From the NCBI GenBank assembly GCA_965208575.1, contig CBDBOV010000002.1, forward strand, positions 512,001 to 576,000: a stretch of 64,000 nucleotides of DNA, read 5' to 3'. Under the pieces are notes generated by a model. It ran no database searches. It had not been told where the DNA came from and saw only the letters and a program-made list of their open reading frames with translations. This document shows positions 54,563 to 64,000 of the stretch, piece by piece (the first letter of the stretch is position 1; every line of letters begins with the position of its first letter). The position numbers and the translations under genes were made by a program. The DNA is from Spirochaetia bacterium. GTDB taxonomy: Bacteria > Spirochaetota > Spirochaetia > SZUA-6 > Bin103.

Positions 54563-55786
54563 CTATGGCGCATCCCGAATTGCGGTCGCATAGACGGCGA
54601 GGTCTGATGCGCTCATCCGGAGTCCCCGCGCGACGTGCTGCCATCCGTCCAATGCACTCGCGACTTCATTGATGATGGCGTTGGCGCGGACCAGGCCGAG
54701 CGCGAAGTACGGTGCGGCGTTGCGGGCAAGATCGAGGTCCGCGTCGGGCCCTTCTTCCGATATCCACGTCGTCAGTTCCCGCTCCTTGTCGGCCAGCGGC
54801 ACCGGGTTCAGGTCATAGGCCGGCGAGAGGCGCCATTTGTTGTCGTGGTCGTACAGGAAGCCATGGTTGCGGAGGTGATCGTCGAGATTGCCGACCATCA
54901 CATTGAAAACGATTCGCCTCCACAGCTCATGCAGGTCTTCCGTCGGCGCACTCGAATACATCCTGATGACTTCTGCGATATCCGTATAGGTCGCTTCGTC
55001 GCCGTCGCTGGGCCCGAGTAGGGTCATGGCGGAAATGAACGGGATTCTTCGCTCTTCATCGCGGTCGAAACGGGTGATCAGCGACACCGGCCGACCGGCC
55101 ACGTCAAGCAGTCTTGCCCGAGCAACATCGATGCCGGCGGCGGCGGCGAGCTTCATCGCGAGGACTTCGCCATGCGGAATGCTGCGATAGTCGTCGTGCT
55201 TCGGAAACTTGGCGATCGCCAGGCGACCGTCACTGTCGATGACGGCGGACTTGGGGCGGGCGCCACCGAGGGGCGAACCCTCGTTGAGCAGAAGTCTCAG
55301 GTCTTCGGCGGTTTCGGCGTTGGACAGTACCGCATCGGCGGCGTTGAGGAGCGCCGGCAGCCGGATCAGGGGAGGAACGCGGTAGCGTCCGATGTCGTGG
55401 TCGAAGGTCGCTTCGCCTTCCCGGCGGTACCGGAGCGCGCCGATTCTCGTCTGATCGTTGATAGCGAGGAGATAGTCGATCTCGGACATGGTGCGCTGCT
55501 CGCCGGCCTTGCGAAAGGCGCGCCGAATCAGCGTCTGGCCCCAGCGGTCCGGGGCGGTGTCGCGCAACGCGCCAGGCAATGCCGACGTGCCGAAGGAGGT
55601 GTAGAACTGGCGGCGCTCCAGCGGCAGATTCGCCGGATCCAGGGCGAAAGCATCGGTGCGGTCGTGCCACGCGTCGGCGTACTCGAAGACCGAGCTCTGG
55701 CCGTGCCGCCTGGCGATGTAGTGGCACCGGCCGACGAGAGCAGTCTGACCATCGTGGTCGACGAATACCTCGATGGCGCCGTTCAT
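54563..55786 (-). CDS. hipA: HipA family Ser/Thr kinase toxin
   Basis: 'D.APDRWG', 'GSPLGGARPK', 'IAKFP', 'RFDR', 'N.DDHLRNHGF', 'LSPAYDLNP'. Confidence 0.93.
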   Translation of the reverse strand: MNGAIEVFVDHDGQTALVGRCHYIARRHGQSSVFEYADAWHDRTDAFALDPANLPLERRQFYTSFGTSALPGALRDTAPDRWGQTLIRRAFRKAGEQRTMSEIDYLLAINDQTRIGALRYRREGEATFDHDIGRYRVPPLIRLPALLNAADAVLSNAETAEDLRLLLNEGSPLGGARPKSAVIDSDGRLAIAKFPKHDDYRSIPHGEVLAMKLAAAAGIDVARARLLDVAGRPVSLITRFDRDEERRIPFISAMTLLGPSDGDEATYTDIAEVIRMYSSAPTEDLHELWRRIVFNVMVGNLDDHLRNHGFLYDHDNKWRLSPAYDLNPVPLADKERELTTWISEEGPDADLDLARNAAPYFALGLVRANAIINEVASALDGWQHVARGLRMSASDLAVYATAIRDAP

Positions 55787-56118
55787 GACGGTGGCCGGGA
55801 GCGGCGGCGCGGTTGCACCTTCTTGGGCAGTCGATCCTCTTCGATGTCCAGTCCGAGGGAATCGTCGCGGCGGTCGGCCGCCAGAGCGAGACGATCAGCG
55901 AGCCCCAGGATGGCCAGGACCGTTGCGTAGATGCCGATCGAGACAGATGGGTCGCCTCGTTCGACCTTGTAGAGGGTGCCGCGGCTGATGAATGCGCGCT
56001 CAGCCATGGAGACTGTCGAGATGCGACGTTTCTTGCGGGCGACCGTGATGTCAGCGCCCAGCTTGGCGAGGGCCTGTTTGGCCGTTCCGGGAAGCGCATG
56101 TGTCGCTAGCGTTTTCAT
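55783..56118 (-). CDS. hipB: HipB-like XRE HTH antitoxin
   Basis: 'LG.DI..ARK.R.I....MAERA.ISR.TL.KVE.GDPSVS.G.Y..VL..LG'; ATGA overlap with hipA. Confidence 0.85.
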   Translation of the reverse strand: MKTLATHALPGTAKQALAKLGADITVARKKRRISTVSMAERAFISRGTLYKVERGDPSVSIGIYATVLAILGLADRLALAADRRDDSLGLDIEEDRLPKKVQPRRRSRPPS

Positions 56119-56122
56119 CGTC

Positions 56123-56172
56123 TGTCTTATTTAATAAGCAATAAAAGCAGATATAGTTCACTATATAAGACA
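56123..56172. promoter_or_regulatory. AT-rich hipBA promoter/operator with nested palindromes
   Basis: TGTCTTAT(56123)...ATAAGACA(56172) outer IR; CTTAT-tta-ATAAG and ATATAG-ttca-CTATAT inner palindromes. Confidence 0.6.
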
Positions 56173-56282
56173 TATTGGAGTTCAGTCAACAGACAGACTT
56201 CGGGGCTTGACCAGGGCTTGACCGGGGGTTGACGCCCGCATCGGGGTGGACTCGGGGGCGTGCGTGGCGGCGTCGGCGCCTT

Positions 56283-56430
56283 GTACCGACTCAGAGAGGA
56301 GATTGCGATCTATGAAGGCTGATGAGTTCGACCGGCGCTTTGACGCGGGCGAGGACGTCACGAAGTACCTGGACGTGGCCGGTGCCCGGAGGCCGGGCCA
56401 AAGCGTCAAGCGGGTGAACGTTGACCTGTT
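56283..56430 (+). pseudogene. Remnant BrnT/BrnA(CopG) TA pair
   Basis: Last codons of a BrnT-like gene (EEIAIYEG*) overlap ATG 56312 of MKADEFDRRFDAGEDVTKYLDVAGARRPGQSVKRVNVDL; similarity ends after RVNVD. Confidence 0.7.
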
Positions 56431-56524
56431 GGGCGGACGTGAGCAGGGCGCCCCGGCTTACCGCCGGCGGGCGGATGCCCAGCCCCAGGAAGCTGAGCGC
56501 GGTGGCGTGTAGGCAGGGCGGCGG

Positions 56525-57550
56525 TCAGGAATCGGGGGCGGCGCGTACCTCGGCCAGCAGGGGAATGAGGACCGTGAACGTGGCTCCGGCGCCCGGCTCG
56601 GAGTGTACGGAGATGTTGCCTTCCCAGCCGCGCACCAGCCGGTACACGACGGACAGCCCGAGCCCGGTGCCGCCGCCGCCGCCCTTGGTGGTGAAAAACG
56701 GGTCGAACACGTGACGCTGAACCTCGGCGGCCATGCCGGGACCTTCGTCGGACACCGCGATGCGGACGTAGCCGCCCACCGTCAGGCCCTGCGCCAGCGC
56801 GGCCTCGGCATCGAGGGTGCAGGAGTCGAGCGTGACGGTGACGGTGCCGCGCCCCCGCATCGCCTCGAGCGCGTTGCTGAGCAGGTTGTCCATGACGTGC
56901 TCCAACTCGCCGGTGTTCACGCGCACCGCGCCGGCGCCGCTGCCGATCCGGGTCGCGAACACGGCGCCGTCGGGCGCCGATTCCCGGGCCTGCGCCACGA
57001 AGCCGGCAAGCCACTTCGCCGGGTCGACCTCTTCGGTGTCGCGGATGCCTCCCGTGGTGAACGACAGCGAGTGGCGGACGATGTCGCGGCCCCGCTCGGC
57101 CGCCTCGTGGATGTGGCGCATGCCGGTACGCACCTCGTCGGGCGTGTCCGCCCGGTCGGCGTGCAACTGCGCGAGGGTGACGATCGGCTGCAGGACGTCG
57201 TTCAGCTCGTGCGCGAGCCCGCCGGCGACGGTGCCCACGGCGGCGACCTTGTACGCCTCGCGAAGCTGCTCCTGCAGTTCGCGGCGCCGGCGAATCTCCT
57301 CCCGGAGTTCGGCGGCGTGGTGCTCCAGGCGCACGTTCAGCTCGACCGCCTCGCGGCGCCGGCGGATGGCGAACCAGGCCGCGACCACGGCCAGCGCCGG
57401 CACGCCGGCAAGGATCTCGTCGAGGTCCCAGGCCTCGTGCTGCCGGGTCCAGTCGAACACCAGTTCGACCAGTTCGATGCGGGTAAAGAAGTAGACAAGG
57501 ACCGCACACGCTACCGCGCCGATGACCAGGTCCCTGGCCGATGTGCTCAT
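56525..57550 (-). CDS. Membrane sensor histidine kinase (no adjacent response regulator)
   Basis: Two TM segments; H-box 'GGLAHELND', N-box 'NLLSNALEAM', 'DEGPGM', 'FDPFFTTK', 'GTGLGL'. Confidence 0.9.
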   Translation of the reverse strand: MSTSARDLVIGAVACAVLVYFFTRIELVELVFDWTRQHEAWDLDEILAGVPALAVVAAWFAIRRRREAVELNVRLEHHAAELREEIRRRRELQEQLREAYKVAAVGTVAGGLAHELNDVLQPIVTLAQLHADRADTPDEVRTGMRHIHEAAERGRDIVRHSLSFTTGGIRDTEEVDPAKWLAGFVAQARESAPDGAVFATRIGSGAGAVRVNTGELEHVMDNLLSNALEAMRGRGTVTVTLDSCTLDAEAALAQGLTVGGYVRIAVSDEGPGMAAEVQRHVFDPFFTTKGGGGGTGLGLSVVYRLVRGWEGNISVHSEPGAGATFTVLIPLLAEVRAAPDS

Positions 57551-57695
57551 GCAACGATGGTACCGCCCCCGGCGCCTGCGTCAATGACACGATCAATGAC
57601 GCGCCGTTCCGATACGAATTGGCGGCAACGAAGCAGACAGCGCAACTTGCATCGGGTACGATAGATGGATACTCACGTTTCGTGTGGAGGTTGTC

Positions 57696-59483
57696 ATGAA
57701 GAGAATACTCGCCGTGCTCGTTGCCGGCGCAGCCGCCGTAGCCGCCTGGGCCGGCCCCGAGGTGGAGATCGAACCGATGGCCGCGGCCGAGGAGATGAGC
57801 CCGATCGACCTGCTGGAGCCGGTCGATCACTCCGCGTGGGAACGCGGCCGCCACGGCGGACGGTTCGTGGTGACCAACATCTCCGACGCCAAGACCTTCA
57901 ACCCGGTGGTGGCGAAGGAGACATCGACCACCGACATCACCGATCGCATGTTCGCCGCTATCGTGCGGCGCAGCCAGCTCACCCTGGAATGGGAGCCCGG
58001 CCTGGCCGAGAGTTGGGAAATCTCGGAGGATCAGAAGACGATCACGCTCCACTTGCGCAGCGGCCTGGTGTGGTCCGACGGCGACCCGATCACCGCCGAC
58101 GAGGTCGTGTGGAGCGTGAACGAGATCTACAAGAACGAAGAGGTGGAGACCAGCGCCCGCGACGCGCTGATTGTCGGCGGCGAGTTCGCCGAGTTCGAGT
58201 TGATCGACGACCTGACCTACCGCATCGTGCTGCCGTCGGTATACGCCGGCATCTTCGAGATCGCCTCCATCGGGCCGATGCCGCGCCACATCTTCGAACC
58301 GCTGATCGAGGCGGAGGGCGCCGCCGCGGTCAACTCGTTCTGGGGGGTGGACACCGACGTGAGCACCATCGTCGGCAACGGCCCGTTCCTGATCGGCGAG
58401 TACGTGCCGAGCGAGCGGGTGGTGATGGTGCCCAACCCCAACTACTACGAGCAGGACGAGTGGGGCCAGCAGCTTCCTTACCTGGACGAGTTCGTGATCG
58501 AATTCGTGGAGGACCAGGACACCAGCCTGGCGCGCTTCGTGGCCGGCGAAACCGACGCCCTGGGGTTGCGCGGCGAGGACTACGGCGTCCTGGTCGACAA
58601 GCAGGAGTCGGACAACTTCCTGATCTACAACGTCGGCCCCGCCTCCAGCACCCAGTTCATCACCTTCAACCAGAACCCGATCGAGGGCGACGAAGACGGC
58701 GGCATCGAGCCGCCGGCGCTCACCTGGCTGTCCAGCAAGTCGTTCCGGCAGGCGATGGCGCACCTGATCGACCGCCAGACCATCATCAACAACATCGCCT
58801 TCGGCTTCGGCTACCCGCAGTACTCGTTCGTGTGGACCGTGTCCCCCTATTACTGGGAGGGCGCCGCCGACGCCGCCTTCAAGTACGACCCGGAGCGCGC
58901 CAAGGAACTGCTCGACTCGATCGGCTACACCGACCGCGACGGCGACGGCGTGCGCGAGGATCCGGACGGCAACAAGATCGAGCTGATCCTGAACACCAAC
59001 TCCGGCAACGACGTGCGCGAGCAGATCGGCGAGCTGTTCAGCCAGGAGGCGAAGGCGGTCGGCATCGACGTCACCTTCAAGCCGGAGGCGTTCAACGAAC
59101 TGGTCACCCGGCTGGTCGCCTCCTACGACTGGCAGATGATCCTGATCGGCCTGACCGGCTCGGTGGACCCGGTAGGCGGCGCCAACGTGTACCCGTCGCG
59201 CGGCTCCCTGCACATGATCGAGCCGAACCAGGATTCGCCGCGCCGCGACTGGGAGGCGGCGGTGGACGCGGCCTGGGACGAGGCCAACCTGACCACCGAC
59301 GAGGAGCAGCGCATCCGCGGCTTCCGCAAGCTGCAGGAGCTGTGGATCGAGGAGGTGCCGTGGGCGTACACGTTCGCACCGGCGTCGATGGCCGCCGTCC
59401 GCAACACGATCGGCAACATCAAGCCGCACCCGCTCAACGGCTACGGCATGCGGGGCCTCGCCGACCGGCTCTACCTCAAGTAA
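57696..59483 (+). CDS. ABC transporter substrate-binding protein, family 5
   Basis: Signal peptide; 'PGLAESWEISED..T.T.HLR.GL.WSDG.PITAD'; 'FRQAMAHLIDR'. Confidence 0.92.
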   Translation: MKRILAVLVAGAAAVAAWAGPEVEIEPMAAAEEMSPIDLLEPVDHSAWERGRHGGRFVVTNISDAKTFNPVVAKETSTTDITDRMFAAIVRRSQLTLEWEPGLAESWEISEDQKTITLHLRSGLVWSDGDPITADEVVWSVNEIYKNEEVETSARDALIVGGEFAEFELIDDLTYRIVLPSVYAGIFEIASIGPMPRHIFEPLIEAEGAAAVNSFWGVDTDVSTIVGNGPFLIGEYVPSERVVMVPNPNYYEQDEWGQQLPYLDEFVIEFVEDQDTSLARFVAGETDALGLRGEDYGVLVDKQESDNFLIYNVGPASSTQFITFNQNPIEGDEDGGIEPPALTWLSSKSFRQAMAHLIDRQTIINNIAFGFGYPQYSFVWTVSPYYWEGAADAAFKYDPERAKELLDSIGYTDRDGDGVREDPDGNKIELILNTNSGNDVREQIGELFSQEAKAVGIDVTFKPEAFNELVTRLVASYDWQMILIGLTGSVDPVGGANVYPSRGSLHMIEPNQDSPRRDWEAAVDAAWDEANLTTDEEQRIRGFRKLQELWIEEVPWAYTFAPASMAAVRNTIGNIKPHPLNGYGMRGLADRLYLK

Positions 59484-59505
59484 GCCGACTGACTGACTGA
59501 CGGGA

Positions 59506-59539
59506 GGGAGAGTCCGGGAGCGCATTCCCGGGCTTTCCC
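59506..59539 (+). terminator. Intergenic stem-loop after the SBP gene
   Basis: GGGAGAGTCCGGGAG-cgca-TTCCCGGGCTTTCCC stem (with G-U pairs), preceded by a (GACT)n run. Confidence 0.5.
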
Positions 59540-59542
59540 TGG

Positions 59543-60529
59543 TTGATCGTGAGCCTGTCGCTGCTGCGGCTGGTCATTCGCCGGCTGCTGAACATCGTGC
59601 CGATCCTGGCCGTGGTGCTGGCCATCGCCTTCTGGCTGATCCAGCTCGCGCCCGGCGACCCGTACACCGAGTACGCGCTCAACCCGGACATCCGCGCCGA
59701 GGACCTGGAGCGGTTCCGCGCCAACTTCGGCCTCGACCAGCCGTGGTACGTGCAGTTCGGGCGCTACCTGTGGAACGCCGCGCAGGGCGACTTCGGCTTC
59801 TCGCAGACGTTCAAGGCGCCGGTGTTCGCGCTGGTCTCGCAGCGCGCCGCCAACACCCTGCTGCTGGCGGTGGTGGCGCTGCTGCTGGCCTGGGGGTTCT
59901 CGGTGCCGGCCGGCATCATTGCCGCCGCCCGCCAGTACCGCTGGCAGGACCAGTCGATCGCCGTGCTGGCGTTCTTCGGCCTGTCGATTCCCAACTTCTT
60001 CCTGGCGTCGCTGATCCTGTTTGCAATCGCCTCCACCGGAAGCTGGCTGCCGATCGGCGGCATGACCTCGATCGACCACCCCGAAATGAGCCTGTTGGGC
60101 AAGACCTGGGACCTGGCCAAACACCTGGTGGTGCCGGCGCTGGTAATCTCCACCGCCATTACCGCGGGGCTGACCCGCATCATGCGCGCCAACATGCTGG
60201 AGGTGCTGGGGCAGCAGTACGTCACCACCGCGCGCGCCAAGGGGCTGTCCGAACGCGTGGTGCTGCTCAAGCACGCGCTGCGCAACGCGGTCAATCCGAT
60301 GATCACCATCCTGGGCTTCAACATCGGCGAGATCTTGAGCGGCGCGGCCCTGGTGGAGATCGTCACCGGCTGGCCCGGCCTGGGCAAGCTGATCCTGACG
60401 GCGCTGCTCAGCCAGGACTCCTTCCTGGTGTCGGGCAGCGTGGTGTACGGGGTGGTGCTGCTGATGATCGGCAACCTGGTGGCCGACATCCTGCTGGCGA
60501 TCACCGATCCGAGGATCCGCGTGACATGA
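59543..60529 (+). CDS. ABC transporter permease (DppB type)
   Basis: 'GLDQPWYVQF', 'QQYVTTARAKGL', 'KHALRNA', 'WPGLG', 'DPRIR'. Confidence 0.92.
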   Translation: MIVSLSLLRLVIRRLLNIVPILAVVLAIAFWLIQLAPGDPYTEYALNPDIRAEDLERFRANFGLDQPWYVQFGRYLWNAAQGDFGFSQTFKAPVFALVSQRAANTLLLAVVALLLAWGFSVPAGIIAAARQYRWQDQSIAVLAFFGLSIPNFFLASLILFAIASTGSWLPIGGMTSIDHPEMSLLGKTWDLAKHLVVPALVISTAITAGLTRIMRANMLEVLGQQYVTTARAKGLSERVVLLKHALRNAVNPMITILGFNIGEILSGAALVEIVTGWPGLGKLILTALLSQDSFLVSGSVVYGVVLLMIGNLVADILLAITDPRIRVT

Positions 60530-61992
60530 GCAGGCGCGGCGGCTCCGCTACCCGGAACGCAAGCCAAGGCACGACACCGGCGCCGGCCGCCGGCCGGCAG
60601 GGGGCGCGCGCCGCTCCCGCCGCCGGTGCCGCGGAGGCGATGCACGAGCACACCGAGTCGTTGCTGGAAGTGTACTGGCGGCGGTTCAAGAAGCACCGGC
60701 TCGGGCGCATCGGCGGCGCGGTGCTGATCGTGCTGTACGCGCTGGCGCTGTTCGCCGATCCGCTGGCGCCGGCCACCATGCGGTGGACCGACAAGACCAA
60801 GTCGTACCAGCCGCCGACCGGAATCCGGTTCAGCTACCTGGACGGCGGCCGCCTGGTGGTGCGCCCGTTCGTGTACGAGATGCACATCGTGAACCAGGCG
60901 CTGCGCACCTACGGGCGGGTGCCGCGCCACACCCTGCGCGTCATCTCCCTGGAGCGCACCGCCGGCCGCGCCGAGCTGCGCTCGGTCGCGCTGCAACAGG
61001 ATGCGGGGGCCAGGAGCCGCGCCTCGCTGGAAGCGGTGCAGCGCTACTACCGCCTGCCGGACGGCGACCCGCGGCTGGGCGAGGTGCAGGCGCTGATCGA
61101 CGAGGTGGAGGCCGACCCGGCGCGCGACCTGCACCGCCGCGTGCGGCTGCACCTGCCCGGCGCTTCGCCGGAGACCCTGGAGCTGATCGTGGCCAAGGGC
61201 AACAAGAACTTCCTGGGGCTGTTCGCCCGCGGCGTGCCGTACCGGTTCCTGGGGCTGTTCACGGCACGCATCCACCTGCTCGCCTCGCCCACCGGCGGCT
61301 TCTTTCCGCTCGGCACCGACCACGCCGGCCGCGACCTGCTCTCGCGCCTGCTGCACGGCGCGCGCGTATCGCTGACCGTGGGCCTGGTGGGCGCCGCGAT
61401 CACCTTCGTCATGGGGCTGCTGATCGGCGGCGCCGCCGGCTACTTCGGCGGCGCCGTCGACAACCTGCTGATGCGCTGCACCGAGGTGCTGCTCTCGTTC
61501 CCGTCGTTGTACCTGCTGCTGGTGCTGCGCGGCACCTTCCCGCCGACGCTCAACAGCGTGCAGGTCTACTTTCTGATCATCCTGATCGTGTCGTTCGTGA
61601 TCTGGGGTTCGCTGGCCCGCATCGTGCGCGGCATGGTGCTGTCGCTGCGCTCGGAGGACTACGTGCTGTCCGCCCGCGCACTCGGACTGGGGCCGTTCAA
61701 GATCATCCGCCGCCACGTGCTGCCCAACACGTTCTCGTTCGTGATCGTGCAGGTGACCCTGACCATCCCCGGCTTCATCCTGGGCGAGTCGACGCTCAGC
61801 TTTCTGGGCCTGGGCATTACCGAACCGCAGTCGAGCTGGGGGCTGATGCTGGCCGCGTCGCGCAGCTACCGGGTGTTCCAGGACTTCCCGTGGATCCTGG
61901 TGCCCGGCGTCTGCATCTTCCTGGCGATCATGGCGTGGAACTTCGTCGGCGACGGGGTGCGCGACGCGGTCGATCCGAGGAGCCGGCATTGA
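60526..61992 (+). CDS. ABC transporter permease (DppC type) with large insertion
   Basis: 'W.RFKKHRLG..G', 'LGTDHAGRDLLSRLLHGARVSL', 'RHVLPN', 'GDGVRDAVDPR'; long soluble segment between the first TM and LGTD. Confidence 0.9.
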   Translation: MSRRGGSATRNASQGTTPAPAAGRQGARAAPAAGAAEAMHEHTESLLEVYWRRFKKHRLGRIGGAVLIVLYALALFADPLAPATMRWTDKTKSYQPPTGIRFSYLDGGRLVVRPFVYEMHIVNQALRTYGRVPRHTLRVISLERTAGRAELRSVALQQDAGARSRASLEAVQRYYRLPDGDPRLGEVQALIDEVEADPARDLHRRVRLHLPGASPETLELIVAKGNKNFLGLFARGVPYRFLGLFTARIHLLASPTGGFFPLGTDHAGRDLLSRLLHGARVSLTVGLVGAAITFVMGLLIGGAAGYFGGAVDNLLMRCTEVLLSFPSLYLLLVLRGTFPPTLNSVQVYFLIILIVSFVIWGSLARIVRGMVLSLRSEDYVLSARALGLGPFKIIRRHVLPNTFSFVIVQVTLTIPGFILGESTLSFLGLGITEPQSSWGLMLAASRSYRVFQDFPWILVPGVCIFLAIMAWNFVGDGVRDAVDPRSRH

Positions 61993-62060
61993 GTCGGCGC
62001 AGAGGCGGGCGCGGGCGCGGGCGCGGACGCGGGCGCGGGGGCTCCGGGACGCCGCGGACC

Positions 62061-63223
<1,163 letters not shown>

Positions 63224-63227
<4 letters not shown>

Positions 63228-64000
63228 GCGGACGTGGCGGTCGCGACAGGAGGCCGGGGCAGGGCGCCGGGCCACGCCGCCGGGACGGCCGCCGGCGTGG
63301 CCCACGGCGCAGAGGCCGGCAAGGACCGCCGGCGCCCGGCACGCCTGAACAGCGGCACGCGCGACCCAACCAGGGGCCCGCCGCCGGCCGACCCCCGTCA
63401 TCGGCGGCGGGCGCCGGCGAGCGGGACCGGGAGACCGGACGAGGCGGGCGGCAGCCGGCGCGGCCGGTGCTGGACGTGCGCGGGCTGCGGACCTACTTCC
63501 CGGTCAAGACGGGCGCGTTCAAGGTGCGCCGGCTGATGGTGCGCGCCGTGGACGGCGTGTCGCTGCAAATGCGGGCCGGCGAGACCCTCGGCCTGGTGGG
63601 CGAGTCGGGCTGCGGCAAGACCACGCTTGGCCGCTCCGTGCTGCGCCTGTACCAGCCGCAGGGCGGGCGCGTGTACCTGGAGCCCGACCCGGAACTGGTG
63701 AGTGCCGTGTCCGCCCTGGACGCGCAGGCCGATGCGGTGCGGGGGCAAGCCGCGGAACAGGCGGGAGCGGGCTGGCGCGAACGGCGCCTGCTGCGCGCCC
63801 GCGAGCGGCGCCTGCGCGACGCGGCCGACCGGCGCGCGGCGACCGCCGACCTCCTGGCCATGCCGCGGGCCGAGCTCAAGCAGGCACGGCAGCGGCTGCA
63901 GATGGTGTTTCAGGATCCATGGGCGTCGCTCAACCCGCGCATGCTGGTGTACGACCTGGTCGCCGAGGGGCCGCGCGAGTTCGGCACCCACGCCGGCCCC
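63224..64000 (+). CDS. ABC transporter ATP-binding protein (DppF type), partial
   Basis: ATGA-coupled start; in frame 'VRAVDGVS', GESGCGKTT, '[16 protein letters not shown]'; runs off the window end. Confidence 0.88.

Overview
A very GC-rich bacterial window with no rRNA, tRNA or CRISPR array that I could see. The gene content suggests a host-associated (possibly sponge-symbiont, spirochaete-like) genome, but that is inference only. It holds a 2375-aa modular repeat surface protein with a C-terminal autotransporter-like barrel, three family-5 ABC import loci and several PhyH-type dioxygenases. Further enzymes include a sulfatase, a serine hydrolase and oxidoreductases, plus one intact IS with terminal IRs and a target duplication, and a DUF222-HNH gene. 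Toxin-antitoxin and ABC-ATPase/TOPRIM defence-like modules are unusually dense between the metabolic operons. The most notable locus is 32313-41115. There, cysD-cysNC (PAPS synthesis) is transcribed divergently from a four-gene, translationally coupled operon: sulfotransferase, a GPP34/GOLPH3-like domain fused to a cytochrome P450, an APH/EcKinase-like kinase, and an MFS exporter. It reads as a self-contained 'hydroxylate - conjugate (sulfate/phosphate) - export' system for a lipophilic substrate. All family assignments come from motif recognition by eye; no database search was run.
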